A DNA stretch of 64,000 nt from Centroscyllium fabricii (lineage: Eukaryota): NCBI GenBank assembly GCA_051313645.2, contig JBNRSN020000008.1:115258001-115322000 (forward strand), read 5' to 3'. Below the pieces are notes generated by a model. It did not search any database. It was not told where the DNA came from and saw only the letters and a list, made by a program, of their open reading frames with translations. Shown here in pieces: positions 61,506-64,000 of the stretch. A program made the position numbers and the translations under genes. Every line of letters starts with the position of its first letter. The first letter of the stretch is position 1.

Positions 61506-62744
61506 ATGGGAGCCATTTTCTTCCTTCCCTTCTTGGGATTGCATGATCTCTACCAGGAGCAGATGTGGCTACAGCAGCAACAGCACCAGCCACACCAGGA
61601 GCCTGACGCTCCTGCGGACCCTCTGGGGGCAGCATGGACCAGAAGGCATCGGCGCATCCAAGGCCGTCACCGCAGAAGATACCCCCCAAACAGGGGCTAC
61701 AGAGTCCGAGCCACCTACCTCAACATGAGTGAGCGGCAGTGCCAAAGGCGACTCCGACTTTCCCAAGAGGCAGTCACAGACATCTGCGCCATGCTGCAGC
61801 AAGAGCTGGAGCCCAGCACACCAGGTAGACATGCCTTACCAGTGGCCCTCAAAGTCACCACCACACTCAACTTCTTTGCCTCGGGCTCATTCCAGGGATC
61901 AGCAGCCGACATCAGCGGAATCTCCCAGTCAGCCGCACACTCCTGCATCACCCAGGTAACTGATGCCCTCTTTGCCCACGCCCACAATTTCATCCATTTT
62001 ACCACGGATCGCGCAAGTGTGAGGGCCTGAGTGATTGGAATGGCTCATCTGGCAGGCTTCCCAAGGGTACAGGGCATCATTGACTGCACACATGTGGCCC
62101 TTAGGGCACCCAGTGACAACCCAGTAGCTTTTCTCAACCGCAAGGGCTTCCATTCACTCAATGTTCAACTGGTGTGTGACCACAACAAGGAGATTTTGCA
62201 TATGTGTGCCAGGTACCCTGGCAGCTGCCATGACTCCTATGTCCTACGCCAATCAACCTTGCCTATGCTCTTCACACCACCGGACCAGCTTCCCCTCAGG
62301 ACTTGGCTCGTGATGCCGGTCAGGAGGCCAGCCAATGAGGCTGAGGAGAACTACAACTCCAGACACATCTCCACCAGAAGCATTATAGAGCACACCATAG
62401 GCTTGCTCAAGATGCATTTCAGATGGTTGGACAGATCAGGTGGAGCCCTGCAATACACCCCAGCCAGGGTCTCCAGAATGGTAGTGGTATGCTGTCAACT
62501 TCACAACATGGCCCAGCGCCGTGGCTTGCAACCTCCTGACCAAGACCTGCCTCCTCACATACCGTCCTCAGATGAGGAGGAGGAGGAAGAGGAAGAGGAG
62601 GAGGAGGAAGAGGAAGAGGAGGACGAGGTAGAGGAGGAGGAGGACGGGGTTGCTGCCGCTCGACCCCAGCCAGCGCCACCATTACGCGAGAACGTTGCTG
62701 GTCGGCAAGCAAGGATGGAGCTCATCCTTGCAAGATTTTCTTAG
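61506..62744 (+). pseudogene. Harbinger (HARBI1-like) DDE transposase, inactivated
   Basis: [62 protein letters not shown]; in-frame TGA at 62028-62030; GDxGY motif missing; C-terminal poly-Glu. Confidence 0.9.
62571..62645 (+). repeat. (GAG/GAA)n acidic tract
   Basis: encodes [25 protein letters not shown]. Confidence 0.9.
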
Positions 62745-64000
62745 ACTACTCAAGCCAGCTTGTGTTACTCTCCTCATCCTAACAGCGCATCCTCAATGAC
62801 ACACTCCAATCAGTTCCACAGCTCATACCTGCATGAGTCCCACTACTATAACGACATCTGTGGGGGGGGGGGGGTTGGGGGAGTGTGCTTCTGGGGCTGC
62901 CAAGTGCCTGTGAAGGCTTTCTGTGCTCGCGCATGCACCCACGCCCCTGATGCACCACACATTTCTTTGATGAACATGGTCCCACCCAAACATCCATCAC
63001 ATGCAATAATGAACACAGAAAGATTAAAGGTTGCAACTGCAACATGCTGTTTAGTAAACATATTAAGCAAACATGGCCACATGCATGGTTGTTCAACTGA
63101 TGACCAGCACTTATGAATCACTGCATTAATGATGTCCCAGGCATCTCAGCTGCAGACCTGCAGGTTGAAACGGTCAAAATGTCATTATCAGCAATGGTGC
63201 ACCTCAGCCAGTCCAGTTTTGAGCTTGCAACTTCATATCCGTTGTCAATCATGTTCCCCCCTCTCACATGCTGCCCCTCCCTTTTCAAGAGTAACACATT
63301 CTGACAAACCAGGGCAGCGCACCTGCACATGAGGCAGGAGCTGTGGAGGGCGGTGAGGGTCAATGTCTGGTGGTTCTTCACCCACCTGATCTAGTTTGAT
63401 GTGTGAGAGCTGAGGCATGCTGGCACCATGGCTCCTTGGCCATTCCATCAGGGTCAGGTGCTGTGAGGGGCCAGTTGCAGCCAGATGATGTTGGATGCGT
63501 GGGTACTTTGGCCAGTTGGCCCATCTTTTCTTTGCCTACCTCCATCCTTTTAAAGTTTTGTTCCTGTTAAAGTTCAGCCCTGAGGCGTGTTTGCTGGTGT
63601 AGCGAAAACATCAGGAGGTTTGTTCAGTTAACCTGGTCATCCTTTGCACCACACATCGGTCATACAGTCCCTCTGTGCGATGGTGTGCGTCACCATGAAG
63701 GTAGGCCGGTTTCAAGGACCTTCACTGTTAACCATTGAGCTGCAGTGTGCTATTGAACCTCATTCGTCTTGCTGTAAGTCCTTCTGCCATGTTGCGTCTG
63801 CATCCTTGCATATCTGTGAGGCCTGCCCGATTGCTGTCCAGCCTGCATAAGGTTTCAATGTGGAAGGGCCATTCGCAAGATGTCAGACATGACAACTGCA
63901 TCAGGTGGCACCTGCAGTGGTCTGCTGTCTGACCACTGCTTTGGACACCTATCTGACTGTTATACTAACACCCAAGTGACTCCCGTTGTGCCTAAGTGTG

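Larger units (their letters stand above)
60969..64000 (+). mobile_element. PIF/Harbinger DNA transposon (runs off the window)
   Basis: terminus GGGGGGAATTTTCATGTCCCC shared with 33953; HARBI1-type transposase inside; right end not seen. Confidence 0.8.

Noticed and set aside
61506-62744. Host gene HARBI1
   Set aside because: Premature stop, missing catalytic motif, transposon terminus and insertion into a LINE indicate a transposon copy.

Overview
Vertebrate genomic DNA, most likely an elasmobranch (shark or ray), judged from HE1/V-SINE, SacSINE1-like DeuSINE, CR1 and Penelope repeats. The window holds most of one + strand gene, integrin alpha-6 (ITGA6). I assembled 22 common coding exons by hand (9990-46392; equivalent to human exons 3-24, all GT-AG, phases consistent, 2822 nt). 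Two alternative cytoplasmic-tail exons follow (alpha6A 48050-48187; alpha6B from 49871), then a long 3'UTR. Exons 1-2 lie upstream of the window. Nearly all other ORFs in the track are transposon fragments or noise. Introns and the downstream flank carry Penelope elements with minimal hammerhead ribozymes, CR1, L2 and Rex1 LINEs, several SINE families, a solo LTR, and a PIF/Harbinger pseudogene (60969 to the end) with related MITEs. Most notable: the alpha6A tail reads GFFGK instead of GFFKR while alpha6B keeps GFFKR; there is an extra RRKKR convertase-type site in the thigh loop; a tRNA-headed LINE derivative keeps its endonuclease but lacks RT; an intact hammerhead core lies in sense orientation in an intron; and there is a four-level nested insertion. 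I see no CRISPR or prokaryote-type system. Repeat boundaries are approximate and family names come from motif recognition, not database searches.
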